Source: Convolutriloba macropyga (taxonomy: Eukaryota). From it: a DNA stretch of 64,000 bases. Below, one piece after another: positions 23,401 through 38,062 of this stretch. A model generated the notes under the pieces. It was not told the origin of the DNA. It saw only the letters and a program-made list of their open reading frames with translations, and searched no databases. Positions within the stretch are counted from its first letter, which is position 1; every line of letters starts with the position of its first letter. Position numbers and translations under genes: made by a program. The stretch is from contig NC_134471.1 of assembly GCF_964194025.1 (NCBI RefSeq), positions 58,218,001 through 58,282,000 on the forward strand, in the 5' to 3' direction.

Positions 23401-26400
23401 CATAATACCATCAATGTAACCCATTACTTCAATAAAAGGAGTCTCAAAAAATTTGGCAAAAATTTGTGTGACTTTAATTGTTCGATAGTTGCTCATTTGT
23501 AGTTTATTCTCTTTTATGAATTGATGTGATATATGCATGATTTAGACTACATGCAATAACAATTACTAAAAGTCAAATCCGGAAAGACATTTTTTGTCAA
23601 AAACTACAGTTCATAGATCACACACTTTAATGCTCCGGTTAACCTGTCGATTTAAACGCTCTATACATTTTGTTGACCTTAATCGTAAGCAAACTTCACT
23701 CATTGACAAATGAGGGACAACTAAGGATTATAAAACATGCAGCCTTGCTTCCAAATGTATTTTTAGTGAGCGAAAAGCAGCCGTTTTTAACGTCCTTCAT
23801 TCGTAAAAAAGAAAATTAGGGATTTTAAAAAAGTACCTTTGTGTACTCCATGCTTGACGACAAATTTTGTTGATTTCTCAGAGCCATTTTTAATGCATAA
23901 ACGTATCGTCATTTTTTCGAGGTTCAAAAAAGAAGCACTCTTCGCTCTTGAGAAAGATTTTGTGCAAAATTGAACTTAATAAATTAGTAAGGTCAAAATA
24001 TTGCTGCAGTGTTTTTTCCTTTTTAATATTTCAATCAGTCTCACTGAAAAACAATACTGAATCTGCTGACGATTTTTTTTTTCGGATCCAAATTGTTCTT
24101 CATTCAATTGATGTTTCTATGGCTTGAATCCATCACTGCAATAAGAGCCTTCTCAAACAGTTTGTCAAAAAATTGGTGTGCCTGAAATAGTTCGATAGTT
24201 GCTCTTTTGTGGTTCAATCTTTTTTATGAATTGGTGTGATATATGCCTGATTTAGATTACATGGAAGAAGAGTCATTAAAAATTTACTCCAGATGACAAT
24301 TTTTTGGTAACCCGCTACAAGTTCCATATAACAAACTTTAATGCTTCAGTAAAACTGTCAATTGAAATGCTATATATTTTTGATGATATTACTTGTGAAA
24401 GCATTCACTGATTGACAAATGAATGACTACTGAAGATTTTAAAGCATGCAGCCTTACTTCCAAAGACATATAAGGGCGAGCGAAAAGCAGCAGTTTTCAA
24501 AAAAAATCACTGGTATAAAAGAAAATTAGGGGTCCTAAAAAAGTATCTTGGTGTACTCAATGATTAACGACAGGTTCTGTAGAATTCTCAGAGCCCATTT
24601 AAGCATTAACGTATTTTGATCTTTATTCGAGGTTCAAAGTTGAAGCACTCTTGCCTTTTGAGAAATATTTTGTTCGAAATTGCACTGAATACTCTTGAAT
24701 GATTCAAACGTTGCTGCAGTGTTTTTCCATTTTTAATGTTTTCATCAGTCTCAAGGAAAGAAAATACTGCATCTGCTGACCATTCTCTTTTTTCGAATCA
24801 GAATTGTTTTTTTAATTGATATTTCTCTCAATGCAATTAATTATTTCGATCGGAGGCCTCTCTAACAGTTTGGCAAAAATTGGTGTGACTGCAATTTGTC
24901 ATTTTTGGTTGATTCCTTTCTGTTATGAATTGGTGAGATATATGCATGATTTTGATGACTTGGAATAACAAGCACTAAAATTCAAGTGCGGAATGACGAT
25001 TTTTGTCACAAACTACAACTCGCATATGACAAAGTTTAATGCTCCAGTTAACCTATCGATTTGAACGCTGTTTGCTTTTGTGGACATTAATTGTAAAAAA
25101 ACTTTACTGGTTGACAGATGAGAGACAACTAAAAGTTTCAGATCATGCAGTTTTTTTCCAAATGTATATTGTAGTGAGCGAAAGTCAGCCGTTTAATATT
25201 GTTCATTCGTTCAAAAGAAACTTAGGGGTACTAAAAGTATCTTCTTGTATAAAAACTATGATAAACGACAAGTTTTGTTGGTTTCTCAGAGACTATTTCA
25301 ACGCATGAACGCATTGTGATCTGTCTTAGAAGCTTAAAGTGGAGGCATTTGTGCCTTTTAAGAAGAATTTGAGCCAAATTGATTTCAAAGCCTTTGAAAT
25401 GTCAAAAAAATTATGAAGTGCTTTTTCATTTTTATTGTTTTCATCAGTCTCATTGAGAACTATTACTGCATCTGCTGACGCTTTTCTATTTTTGAATCCA
25501 AACTTTCTTCAATCAGTTGATGTTTCTTTTAATCTAATCCATCAATTCGATAATAGGCTTCTCAAACAGTTTGTGCATAAAAATTCGTGATTGAAATTCG
25601 AAATTCGCCAATAGCTGCTTATTTGTGAACGATTCTTTTATATGAATTGTTGTAATATATGCATGATTTTGATTAATTGGAATAAAAATCAATAAATATT
25701 AATTCCAATTGACAACTATTTGTCACCCACTAAAATTCGCAGATAACAAACTTCAATGCTCCAGTTAACCTGTCGATTTAAACGATGAATGCTTATGTTG
25801 ACATTAATTGTAAAAAAGCTCCACTGATTGACAATTGAGAAACGACTAAACATTTTGAATCATGCAGAATTTTTTCCAAAAGTATTTTGTTGTGAGCGAA
25901 AGGCAGCCGTTTCTTAATATCCTTCAATTGTATTAAAAAATGTAGGGTTCCTAAAAAGTACTTTGGTGTAATCCATAATTAACGACAAGTTTCGTTAATT
26001 TCCCGGAGCCTATTCTAATGTGTTAACGCATTGTGTTCATTCTTCGAGGTTCAAAGTTGGAGCACTCTTGCCTTTTCAGAAGGGTTTTGTGCAAAACTGA
26101 ACTGAATTATTTTGCAAGGTCAAAACATTACTATAGCGTTTTTCCATTTTTAATGTTTCCATCAGTCTAAGTCAAATAGAATACTGCACGATTTTCTACT
26201 TTTGAATCCGAGTTTTTTCATTATTCAATTGATTGTTCTATTAATGTAATCCATCATTTTGATAACAGGCTTCTCAAACAGTTTGTGCAAAAAATTTTGT
26301 GGCTGAAATTCTGAAATTGATCAAAAGTTGCTCATTTGTGAACGATTCTTTCTGATGAATTGGTGTAATATATGCATGATTTTGATTACTTTGAAAAACA

Positions 26401-29400
26401 ATCGATAAAAAATAATTCCAAATGACAACTTTTTGTGACCCAATAAAGTTTGCATACAACAAACTTCAATTCTCCAGTTAACCTGTCGATTTAAACGATC
26501 AATGCTTTTGTTGACATCAATTGTGAAAAGAAATCCGCTGATTGACAAATGAGAAACGACTAAATTTATTCAAATATGCAGCAATTTTCCAAAACTTTGT
26601 TTTTGTTGTGAGCGAAAGGCAGCCGTTTTATAATATTCTTCATTTGTATTTAAAAAATTAGGGTTCCTAAAAAGTATTTTGAGGTACTAGATATTTAACG
26701 ACAAGTTTTGTTGATTTCTCAGGGCCTATTTTAATGCATTAACGCATTGTGTTCATTCTTCAAGAGTCGAAATTGAAGCGCTCTCGCCTTTTAAAAAGGG
26801 TTTTGTGCAAAAATGAACTGAATAGTTCTGCAAGGTCAAAACATTACTATAGTGTTTTTCCATTTTTTGTCTTTCCATCAGTCTCAGTCAAATACAATGA
26901 TGCAACTGCTGTTGATTTTCTAGTTTTCAATCCGAATTTTTTCATTATTCAGTTGATGGTTCTATTAATGTAATCCATCAATTTGATAAGAGGCTTCTCA
27001 AGCAGTTTGTCGAAAATTGTTGCGACTAAATTGTTCGATATTTGATCATTTGCGGTTCATTGTTTTTTATTAAATGGTTTGATATATGCATGATTCAGAT
27101 TAAATGAAATAACAACCATTAAAAATTAAGTCCAGATGACAATTTTTGTCACCCACTATAATTCGCAAACAGAAAATCTCAAAGCTCCGGTTAACCTGTC
27201 GATTTAAACTATGAATGCTTTCGTTGACATTAATTGAAAAGAACTGCACTAATTGACCAATGAGAAACGACTAAAGGTATTCAAATATGCAGCAATTTTC
27301 CAAAACTTTGTTTTTTTTTGTGAGCGAAAGGCAGCCGTTTTTAATATTCTTCATTTCTTTTTAAAAATTAGGGTTCCTTAAAAGTTTTCTGGTGTACTCC
27401 AAAAATAACGACAAGTTTTGTTGATTTCTCGGAGCCTATTTTAACGCATCAACACATTGTGTTCTTTCTTTGAGGTTCAAAAAAGAAGCAGTCTTGCCTT
27501 TCAAGAAGGATTGTACGCAAATTGAACTTAGTAGTTCTGCAAGGTCAAAACATTACTATAGTGTTTTTCCATTTTTAATGTCTTCATCAGTCTCAGTGAA
27601 AAACACTACTGCAACTGCTGACGATTTTTATTTTCGAATCCAATTTTTTTCTATAATCCAATTGATGTTTCCATTATTGTAATCCATCATTTTGATAAAG
27701 AGTTCCTCAAACAGCTTGTCAAAAATTGTTGTGACTGAAAATGTTCGATAGCTGCTCCTTGGTGGTTCATTCTTCTTTGAGAATTGGTGTCATATATGCG
27801 GGGTGTAGATTACTTGGAATAACAACCACTAAAAATAAAATCCAGATGACAATTTTTTTCACCCACTACAATTCGCAAATAGCAAATTTTAACGCTCCAG
27901 TTAACCTGTCGGTTTAAACGCTGTATGCTCTTTGTTGACATTAATTGTATGAAAAAAAGTCCACTGATTGACAATTGAGAAACAACTGAAGTTTGTAGAG
28001 CTTAGAGGATGCAGCTTTTATTCTGAAGGTATATCGTAGTGAGCGAAAGGCAGCCGTTTAATAACCTTCATTGGTTCAAAGAAATTCGGGGTACTAAAAG
28101 TACTTTGATGTACTCGATGATAAACGACAAGTTTTCTTGATTTCTAGGAGCCTATTATAACGCAATAACGCACTGTGACCGATCTTGGAGGCCTAAAGTT
28201 GAAGCACTTGTGCCTTTTAAAGATTTTGTGTAAAATTGAACTGAATAGCTTTGCAAGTTCAAAACATTACTACAATGTTTTTCCATTTTTAATTTTTCCA
28301 TCAGTCTCAGGGAAAAACAACACTGCAACTGCGGGCGATTTTGTATTTTGGAATCCAAGTTTTTATTATTCAATTGATTTTTCTTTTAATTTTGTTTATC
28401 ATCTTGACACGAGGTACAAGATACAGTTTGTCAAAAATTGGTGTCATTGAAAATGTTCGATAGTTGCCCAATTATGGTTCATTCTCTTTTATGAAATGGT
28501 GTCATATATGCTTGATTTAGATTACCTGGAAAAACAGCCATTAAAAACTAAGTCCTGATGACAATCTTTGTCAACCACTACAGTTCGATTATATCAAATT
28601 TCAAGGCTCCAGCAAACCTGTCCATCTAAACGCTAATTGTTTTTTGTTGACATTAATTGTAAAAAGAGCCCTGATTGACAAATGAGAGACAACCAAAGAT
28701 TTTAGAGCATGCAGCATTCTTTCCAAAGTTTATTGTAGTGAGCGAAAGGCGGCTGTTTTTATTATTCTTCATTTTCATGAAAAAAATTAGTGTTGCTAAA
28801 AAAGTACTTTGGTCTACTCCATAATTAACAACAAATTTTGTTGATTTCTCGGAGCCTATTTTAATGCATCAACGCATTGTGTTCTTTTTTCGAGGTCCAC
28901 AATTGAAGCACCCTTGCCTCTTCAGAAAGATTTTGTGCAATATTGAACCGAATAAGTTTGCAAGGTCAACCATCATTGTGGTATTTTCCCATTTTCAATG
29001 TTTCCATCAGTGGAATTGAAGAACAATACTGCAACTGCTGACAACTTCTGATATTTAACGACAAGTTTTGTTGGTTTCTCGGAGCCTATTTTAATGCATT
29101 AACGCATTGTGTTCATTCTTCAAGAGTCAAAGTTGAAGCACTCTCGCCTTTTAAGAAGGGTTTTGTGCAAAAATGAACTGAATAGTTTTGCAAGGTCAAA
29201 ACATTACTATAGTGTTTTTCCTTTTTTTATCTTTCCATCAGTCTAAGTCAAATACAATAATGCAACTGCTGTTGATTTTCTAATTTTTAGTCCGAATTTT
29301 TTCATTATTCAATTGATGGTTCTTTTTAATGTAATCCATCAATTTGATAAGAGGCTTCTCAAGCAGTTTGTCGAAAATTGTTGCGACTGAAATTGTTCAA

Positions 29401-32400
29401 TATTTGATCATTTGCGGTTGATTCGTGTCTATTAAATGGTTTGATATATGCATGATTCAGATTAATTGAAATAACAACCATTAAAAATTAAGTCCAGATG
29501 ACAATTTTTGTCACCCGCTATAATTCGCAAATAGAAAATTTCAAAACTCCGGTTAACCTTTCGATTTAAACTATGAATGCTTTCGTTGACATTAATTGAA
29601 AAAATGCACTAATTGACAAACGAGAAACGACTAAAGGTATTCAAATATGCAGCAATTTTCCAAAACTTTGTTTTTTTTTGTGAGCGAAAGGCAGCCGTTT
29701 TTAATATTCTTCATTTCTATTTAAAAATTAGTGTTCCTTAAAAGTTTTCTGGTGTAATCCATAAATAACGACAAGTTTTGTTGATTTCTCGGAGCCAATT
29801 TTAACGCATTAACACATTGTGTTCTTTCTTTGAGGTTCAAAGTTGAAGCAGTCCTGCCTTTCAAGAAGAATTGTATGCAAAGTTGACCTTAGTAGTTCCG
29901 CAAGGTCAAAACATTACTATAGTATTTTTCCATTTTTAATGTCTTCATCAGTCTCAGTGAAAAACACTACTGCAACTGCTGACAATTTTTTATTTTCAAA
30001 TCTAAATTTTTCTATAAGCCAATTCATTTTTCCAATATTGTAATCCATCATTTCGATAAAGAGTTCCTCAAACAGCTTGTCCAAAATTGTTGTGACTGAA
30101 AATATTCGATAGTAGCTCCTTGGTGGTTCATTCTTCTTTAAGAATTGGTGTCATATATGCGGGGTTTAAATTATTTGGAATAACAACCACTAAAAATAAA
30201 TTCCAGATGACAATTTTTGTCACCCACTACAATTCGCAAATAGCAAATTTTAACGCTCCAATTAACCGGTCGGTTTAAACGCTGTATGCTTTTTGTTGAT
30301 ATAAATTGTAAGAAAAAAGTCCACTGATTGAAAATTGAGAAACAACTGAAGTTTTTAGAGCATGCAGCTTTTATTCTGAAGGTATATCGTAGTGAGCGAA
30401 AGGCAGCCGTTTAATATCCTTCATTGATTCAAAGAAATTCAGGGGTACAAAAAGTACTTTGGTGTACTCGATGATAAGCGACAGTTTTATTGATTTCTAG
30501 GAGCCTATTATAACGCAATAACGCATTGCGACCTATCTTGGAGGCCAAAAGTTCAAGCACATGTGCCTTTTAAAAAAAGATCTTGTGTAAAATTGAACTG
30601 AATAGCTTTGCAAGTTCAAAACATACTATAATGTTTTTCCATTTTTAAATTTTTCATCAGTCTCAGGGAAAAACAACACTGCAACTGCGGGCGATTTTAT
30701 ATTTTTGAATCCTAGTTTTTATTCTTCAATTGATTTTTCGATTAATTTTGTTTATTATCTTGACAATAGGTACAAGATACAGTTTGTCAAAGATAAGTGT
30801 CACTGAAAATGTTCGATAGTTGCTCATTTATGGTTCATTCTCTTTTATGTAATGGTGTCAGATATGCTTGTTTTAGATTACCTGGAAAAACAGCCAATAA
30901 AAACTAAGTCCTGATGACAATATTTGTCACCAATTACAGTTCGCATATAGCAAACTTCGATGCTCCGGCTAACCTGTCCATTTTGCAGCCATTTTTATTA
31001 TCCTTCATTTGCATGAAAAAATTTAGTGTTGCTAACAAAGTACTTTGGTCTAATCCATAATTAAAGACAGGTTTTGTTGATTTCTCGGAGCCTATTTTAA
31101 TGCATCAACGCATTGTGTTCTTTTTTCGAGGTCCAAAATTGAAGCACTCTTGCCTCTTAAGAAAGATTTTGTGCAAAATTGAACCGAATAAGTTTGCCAG
31201 GTCAACCATCATTGTGGTATTTTCCCATTTTCAATGTTTCCATCAGTCTAATTGAAAAACAATACTGCAACTGCTGACAATTTCTTATTTTCGAATCCAA
31301 TTTTGTTTATCGTTTAATTGATGCTTCTATTAACGTAATCCATCATTTTGATGAGAAGATTCTCAAACGGTCTGTAGAAAATTGTTGTGACTGAAACTGT
31401 TCGTTGGTTGCTCATATGTTGGTTCAGTCTTTTTTAAGCATTGATTTGAAATATGCATCATTTAGATTACTTGAAATAAAAACAGTAAAAAAATTAAGTC
31501 CAGATGACAATTTTTGTCACCCTCTAAAGTTCACATATGACAAACTTCAATGCTCCAGTTAACTTGTCGATTTAATTTTGTATGTTTTTGTCGAGATTAA
31601 TTGTAAACAAAACTCTATTGATTGACAAATGAGAGACAACTAAAGATTTTCCAGCATGCAGCTTTACTTCCGACAGTATATTGTAGCGAGCGAAAGGCAG
31701 CTGTTTTCTAATATCCTTCACTTGTATAAAAAAATTAGGGGTCCTAAAAGTACGTGGGTGTAATCCATAACTAACGACAAGTTTTGTTGATTTCTCGAAG
31801 CCTAGTTTAGAATTTTAACGCATTGTGTTCTTTCTTTGAGGTTCAAAGATGAAGCACTCTTGTCTTTTAAGAAATATTGTGTGCAAAATTGAACTGAATA
31901 GTTTTGCAGGGTCAAAACATTACCATAGTGTTTCTCCATTTTTAATGTTTCCATCAGTCTCAGGGAAAAACAACAATGTAACTGCTGGTGAATTCAATTT
32001 TTCGAATCCCGTTTTTTTATTATTCAATTGATTTTTCAATTAGTTTAATCCATCATCTTGACAAGAGGTCGTCTCTCATACAGTTTGTCAAAAATTGGAG
32101 TGACTGAAAATGTCTGACAGATGCTCATTTGTGGTTCACTCTTTTTTATGAATTGGTGTCATATATACTTAGTATAGATTACTTGTAAAAAAAGCCATTA
32201 AAAATAAAGTTCAGATGACAATTTTTGTCACCCGTTACAATTTGCATATAGCAAACTTTAATGCTCCAGCTAACCTGTCCATTAACGTATTTTGATCTTT
32301 GTTCGAGGTTCAAAGTTGAAGCACTCTTGCCTTTTGAGAAATATTTTGTGCGAAATTCCACTGAATACTCTTGAATGATTCAAACATTGCAGCAGTGTTT

Positions 32401-35400
32401 TTCCATTTTTAATGTCTTCATTAGTCTCAAGGAAAGACAAAACTGCATCTGCTGACCATTTCTTTTTTCGAATTAGAATTGTTTTTTAATTGATATTTCT
32501 CTCAATGCAATTCATTATTTCGATCAGAGGCTTCTCAAACAGTTTGGCAAAAATTGGTGTGAATGCAATTGGTAATTTGTGGTTGATTCTTTTTTCATGA
32601 ATTGGTGAGATATATGCATGATTTTGATTACTTCGAAAAACAATCACTAAAATTCAAGTGCGGAATGACCAGTTTTGTCACCAACTACAATTCGCATATG
32701 ACAAAGTTTAATGCTCCAGTTAACCTATCGATTTAAACGCTGTATGTTTTTTGTTGACATTATTTGTAAAAAACGCCATCCATTAACATATGAGAGACGA
32801 CTAAAGATTTTAAAGTATGCAGCTTTACTTCTAAAGCCATATTGTAGTGGGTGAAAGGCAACCTTTCCCTAATATCCTTCACTTGTTTTTTTTAAAAAAA
32901 TTAGGGATACTAAAAAAGTACTTTGGTGTACTCCATAATTAACGACAGGTTTTGTTGATTTCTCGGAGTCTATTTGAATGCATCAACGCATTTTGTTCTT
33001 TTTTCGAGGTTCACAGTTGAAGCATTCTTGCCTTTTAGGAAAAATTTTGTGCAAAATTGAACTGAATAAGTTTGCAAGGTCAACCATTTTTGTATTTTCC
33101 CATCTTCAATGTTTCCATCAGTCTAAGTGAAAAACAATACTCCAACTGCTGACGATTTCTTATTTTCCCATCCAAGTTTGTTTATCATTTTATTGATGCT
33201 TCTATTAACGTCACCCATCTTTTTGATGAGAAGCTTCTCAAACAATTTGTAGAAAAATGTTGGGACTGAAATTGTTTGATAGTTGCTCAATTGTGGTTCA
33301 AATTTTTTTTAAATTGGTTTGAACCATGCATCAATTAGATTACTTGAAAAAAAACCATAAAAAATTAAATCCAGATGACAATTTTGTCACCCTCTACAAT
33401 TCGCATATGACAAACTTCAAAGCTCCAGTTAACCTGTCGATTTAAACTTGTATGTTTTTGTCGAGATTAATTGTAAAAAAACTCCATTGATTGACAAATG
33501 AGAGACGACTATAGATTTTCCAGCATGCAGCTTTACTTCCAAAAGTTTATAGTAGTGAGCGAAAGGCAACTGTTTTCTAAAATCCTTCACTTGTATAAAA
33601 AAATTAGGTGTCCGAAAAAAGTACGTTGGTGTACTCCATAACTAACGACAATTTCTGTTATTTTCTCGGAGCCTATTTTAAAAAATTAACGCATTGTGTT
33701 CTTTCTTTGAGGTTCAAAGTTGAAGCACTCTTGTCTTTTAAGAAATATTTTGTGCAAAATTGAACTGAATAGTTTTGCAGGGTCAAAACATTACCCTAGT
33801 GTTTCTCCATTTTTAATGTTTCCATCAGTCTCAGGGAAAAACAATACTGTAACTGCTGGTGTTTTCATTTTTTCGAATCCCATTTTTTTTATTATTCAAT
33901 TGATTGTTCTATTAGTTTAAGCCATCAACTTGACAAGAAGTCTCTCACACTGTTTGCCAAAAATTAGAGTGACTGAAAATGTCTGATAGTTGCTCATTTG
34001 TGGTTCATTCTTTTTTATGAATTGGTGTCATATATACTTAGTATAGATTACTTGTAAAAAAAAGCCACTAAAAATAAAGTTCAGATGATGATTTTTGTCA
34101 CCCGTTACCATTTGCATATAGCAAACTTTAATGCTCCAGCTAACCTGTCCATTAACGTATTTTGATCTTTGTTCGAGGTTCAAAGTTGAAGCACTCTTGC
34201 CTTTTGAGAAATATTTTGTGCGAAACTCCACTGAACACTCTTGAATGATTCAAACATTGCTGCAGTGTTTTTCCATTTTTAATGTCTTCATTAGTCTCAA
34301 GGAAAGACAATACTACATCTGCTGACCATTTCTTTTTTCGAATTAGAATTGGTTTTTTAATTGATATTTCTCTCAATGCAATTCGTTATTTCAATATCAA
34401 TGCAATTCGTTTGGCAAAAATTGGTGTGAATGCAATTGGTCATTTGTGGTTGATTTTTTTTCATGAATTGGTGAGATATATGCATGATTTTGATTACTTC
34501 GCAAAACAATCGCTAAAATTCAAGTGCGGAATGACCAGTTTTGTCACAAACTACAATTCGCATATGACAAAGTTTAATGCTCCAGTTAACCTATCGATTT
34601 AAACGCTGTATGTTTTTTGTTGACATTATTTGTAAAAAACGCCACCCATTGACATATGAGAGACGACTAAAGATTTTAAAATATGCAGCTTTACTTCTAA
34701 AGCCATATTGTAGTGGGTGAAAAGCAACCTTTCCCTAATATCCTTCACTTGTTTTTTTATAAAAATTAGGGTTACTAAAAAAGTACTTTGGTGTACTCCA
34801 TAATTAACGACAGGTTTTGTTGATTTCTCGGAGTCTATTTGAATGCCTCAACGCATTTTTTTCTTTCTTCGAGGTTCACAGTTGAAGCAGTCTTGCCTTT
34901 AAAAAAGATTTCGTGCAAAATTGAACTGAATAGGTTTGCAAGGTCAACCATTACAATAGTATTTTCCCATTTTTAATGTTTCCGTCTAATTGCAGTTTTT
35001 ATTTTCGAATCCAAATTTGTTTATCAAGCAATTAATGTTTCTATTAATGAAATCCATCGTTTTGATAAGAAACTTCTCGCACAGTTTGTCGAAATATGTT
35101 CTGACTGAAATTGTTGGATAGTTGCTCATTTGTGGTTCAGACGTTTTTAAGAATTGGTTTGAAATATGCATGCGTTAGATTACCTGGAACAAAAACCATA
35201 ACAAATTAAGTCCAGATGACAATTTTTTCACCCTCTACAATTAACATACAACAAATTTCAGTGCTTCAGTTAACCTGTCAGTTTAAAGATTGTGTATTTT
35301 TTGTTGACATTAATTGTTAAAAACTCCATTGATTGAAAAATGAGAGACGACTAAAGATATTAGAGCATAGAGCATTCTTTCCAAAGTATGTTGTAGTGGA

Positions 35401-38062
35401 CAAAAGGCAGCCGTTTTGTGATATCCCTCATTTGTATAAAAAAATCGGGTCTTTAAAAAGTACGTTGGTGTACTCCATAATTAGCGACAGGTTTTGCTGA
35501 TTTCTCGGAGAATTTTTTAACGCATCAACGCATTGTGTTCATTCTTCGAGGTTCAAAGTTGGAGCACTTTTGCCTTTTCAGAAGGGTTTTGTGCAAAACT
35601 GAACTTAATAGTTTTGCAAGTTCAACCATTACAATAGTATTTTCCCATTTTCAATGTTTCCATCAGTCTAATTGAAGAACAATTCTGCAACTGCAGACGA
35701 TTTCCTATTTTCGAATGCAAATTTGTTTATAATTTAATTGATGCTTCTATTAACGTAATCCATCATTTTGATAACAAGCTCTTCCAACAGTTTGTCGAAA
35801 ATTGTTGTGACTGAAATTGTTCAATAATTGCTCATTTGTGGTTCAGTCTTTTTAAAGAATTGGTTTGAAATATGCGTGGTTTAGTTTACTTGGAATAAAA
35901 ACCATAAAAAATTAAATCCAGATGACAATTTTTGTCAAATTCTACAGTTCGCATATAACAAAATTCACTGCTCCAGTTAACCTCTCGATTTAGGCGTAAT
36001 ATGTTTTTTTTGTTGATATTAATTGTAAAAACTCCACTGATTGAAAAATGAGAGACGATTAGAGCATGCAGCATTTTTTCCAAAGTATACTGTAATGAGC
36101 GAAAGCCAGCCGTCTTCTAATTTCTTTCATTTGTATGAAAAATAATAGTGGTCCTAAAAAGTACGTTAGTACACTTTCCATTATAAACGACAAGTTTCCT
36201 CAAAGCCTTTTTAAATGCATTAACGTATTATGATCTTTCCTAGAGGCTCAAATATGATGCACTCTTGCCTTTTATGAAAAGATTTTGTGCAAAATTGAAC
36301 TGAATAGTTCTGCATGACCAAAATATGACTATAGTGTTTTTCCATTTTTAATGTCTCCATCAGTCTCAGAAACAACAGTATGGCATCTGCTGACGATTTT
36401 CTATTTTTGAATCTAAATTTTCTTTGTTCAATTGATGTTTCCATTAATGAAATCCATCATTTCGATAAAAGGCTTCTCAAACAGTTTGAATAAAATTGTT
36501 GTGACTGAAATTGGCTGATAGTTGCTCATTTTTGGTTGATTATTTTATGAATTGGTGGTATATGCATGGTTTAGAATACATGGAAAAACAATTATTAAAA
36601 AAGGTCCAGATGACAATTTTTGTCACCCACTGCGATTCGCAATAACAAACTTGAATGCTCCGGTTAACCTGTCGATTCAAACGTTGTATATTCTTTGTTG
36701 GAATTAATTGTAAAAAAGCTCCACTGATTGCCAAATGAGAGACGACTAACGCTTTTAAAACATGCAGCACTCTTTCAAAAATATATTGTAGTGCGCGAAA
36801 AGCAGCCGTTTTTTAATATCCTTCATTCGATTAAAAGAAATGTAGCGGTACTAATAGGTTCCTTGGTGTACTCCGTAGCTAACGACAAGTTTTGTTGATT
36901 TCTTGGAGCTTATTTTAACGCATTAACCCATTGTGTTCTGTCTTCGAGGTTCAAAGTTGAAGTACTCTTGCCTTGTAAGAAAGATTTTAAAAAAAATTGA
37001 ACTGAATATTTTTGCAAGGTCAAATTCTTTCTATAGTATTTTTCCATTTCAAAGTTTTCCATCAGTCTCAGGGAAGAACAATACCGCACAATACCGCAAC
37101 TGCTGACAATTTTTTTCGAATCCGAATGTTTTTTATCATTCAATTGATGTTTCTATTAATGTAATGCATCATTTTGATATAAAACGTCTCAAACAGTTTG
37201 TAAAAAATTGGTGTGACTGAAATTGTTCAATAGTTGCTCATTTGTGGTTCATTCTTTTTTATGAAATGGTTTGATATATGCTTGATTCAGATTAATTGGA
37301 ATAACAACCACTAAAAATTAAGTCCAGATGAGAATTTTTGTCACCCATTACAAATCACAAATGGCAAATTTTAATGCTCTAGTTAAGCTGTCGATTTAAA
37401 CGCTGTATGTTTTCTGTTGATATTAATTGTAAAAAAATCTGCTGATTGACAAATGAGAGACGACTAAAGATTTTAGAGCATGCAACGCATTCTTTCCAAA
37501 GTTTATTGTTGTGAGCGAAAGGCAGCCGTTTTTAATATCGTTTGTATTTAAAAAAATTAGGGGTCCTAAAAAAGAACCTTTGTGTACTCCATAACTAGCG
37601 ACAAGTTTTGTTGATGTCCTGGAGCCTATTTTAACACATTACCGCATTGTGTTCTTTCTTTGAGGTTCAAAGTTGAAGTACTCTTGCCTTTTAAGATTTT
37701 GTGCAAAATTGAACTGAAAAGTTTTGCAAGGTCAAAACCTTACTATTATGTTTATCCATTTTTAATATTTCCATCAGTCTCAGTGAAAAAAAATACTGCA
37801 ACTGTTGACAATTTTTTATTTTCGAATCCGAATTTTTCTTAAATTGATTAAAGGTATCCATCATTTCAAAAAGAGGCCTCTCAAATAGTTTGTCTAAAAT
37901 TGGTGTGACTGAAGTTGGCCAATAGTTGCTCAATTTTGGTTGATTATTTTAAATCAATTTAGAATACTTAGAATAGTGTCATATGCATGATTTAGAATAC
38001 TTGGAATAACAATAATTCATAATTCCAGCTGACAATTTTTCATCACCCACTACAATTCGTTA
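20470..38062. repeat. Satellite array of ~720-bp monomers (~24 copies, some truncated)
   Basis: The marker gagcgaaaggcagccgttt or close variants recur near 20983, 21693, 22413, 23126, 23768, 24478, 25176, 25894, 26610, 27322, 28041, 28740, 29682, 30394, 31688, 32850, 33557, 34717, 35399, 36098, 36794 and 37513. The many similar short ORFs are translations of the repeat. Confidence 0.95.

Noticed and set aside
25820-27600. Hammerhead ribozyme in the satellite (ctgattga...gaaac; minus-strand ctgatga)
   Set aside because: Core spacing and stems I-III cannot be built consistently across monomers.
20470-38062. Dozens of similar 60-100 aa ORFs suggesting a tandem gene family or CRISPR-like array
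   Set aside because: They are chance translations of satellite monomers on both strands, with no preserved frame and no repeat-spacer structure.
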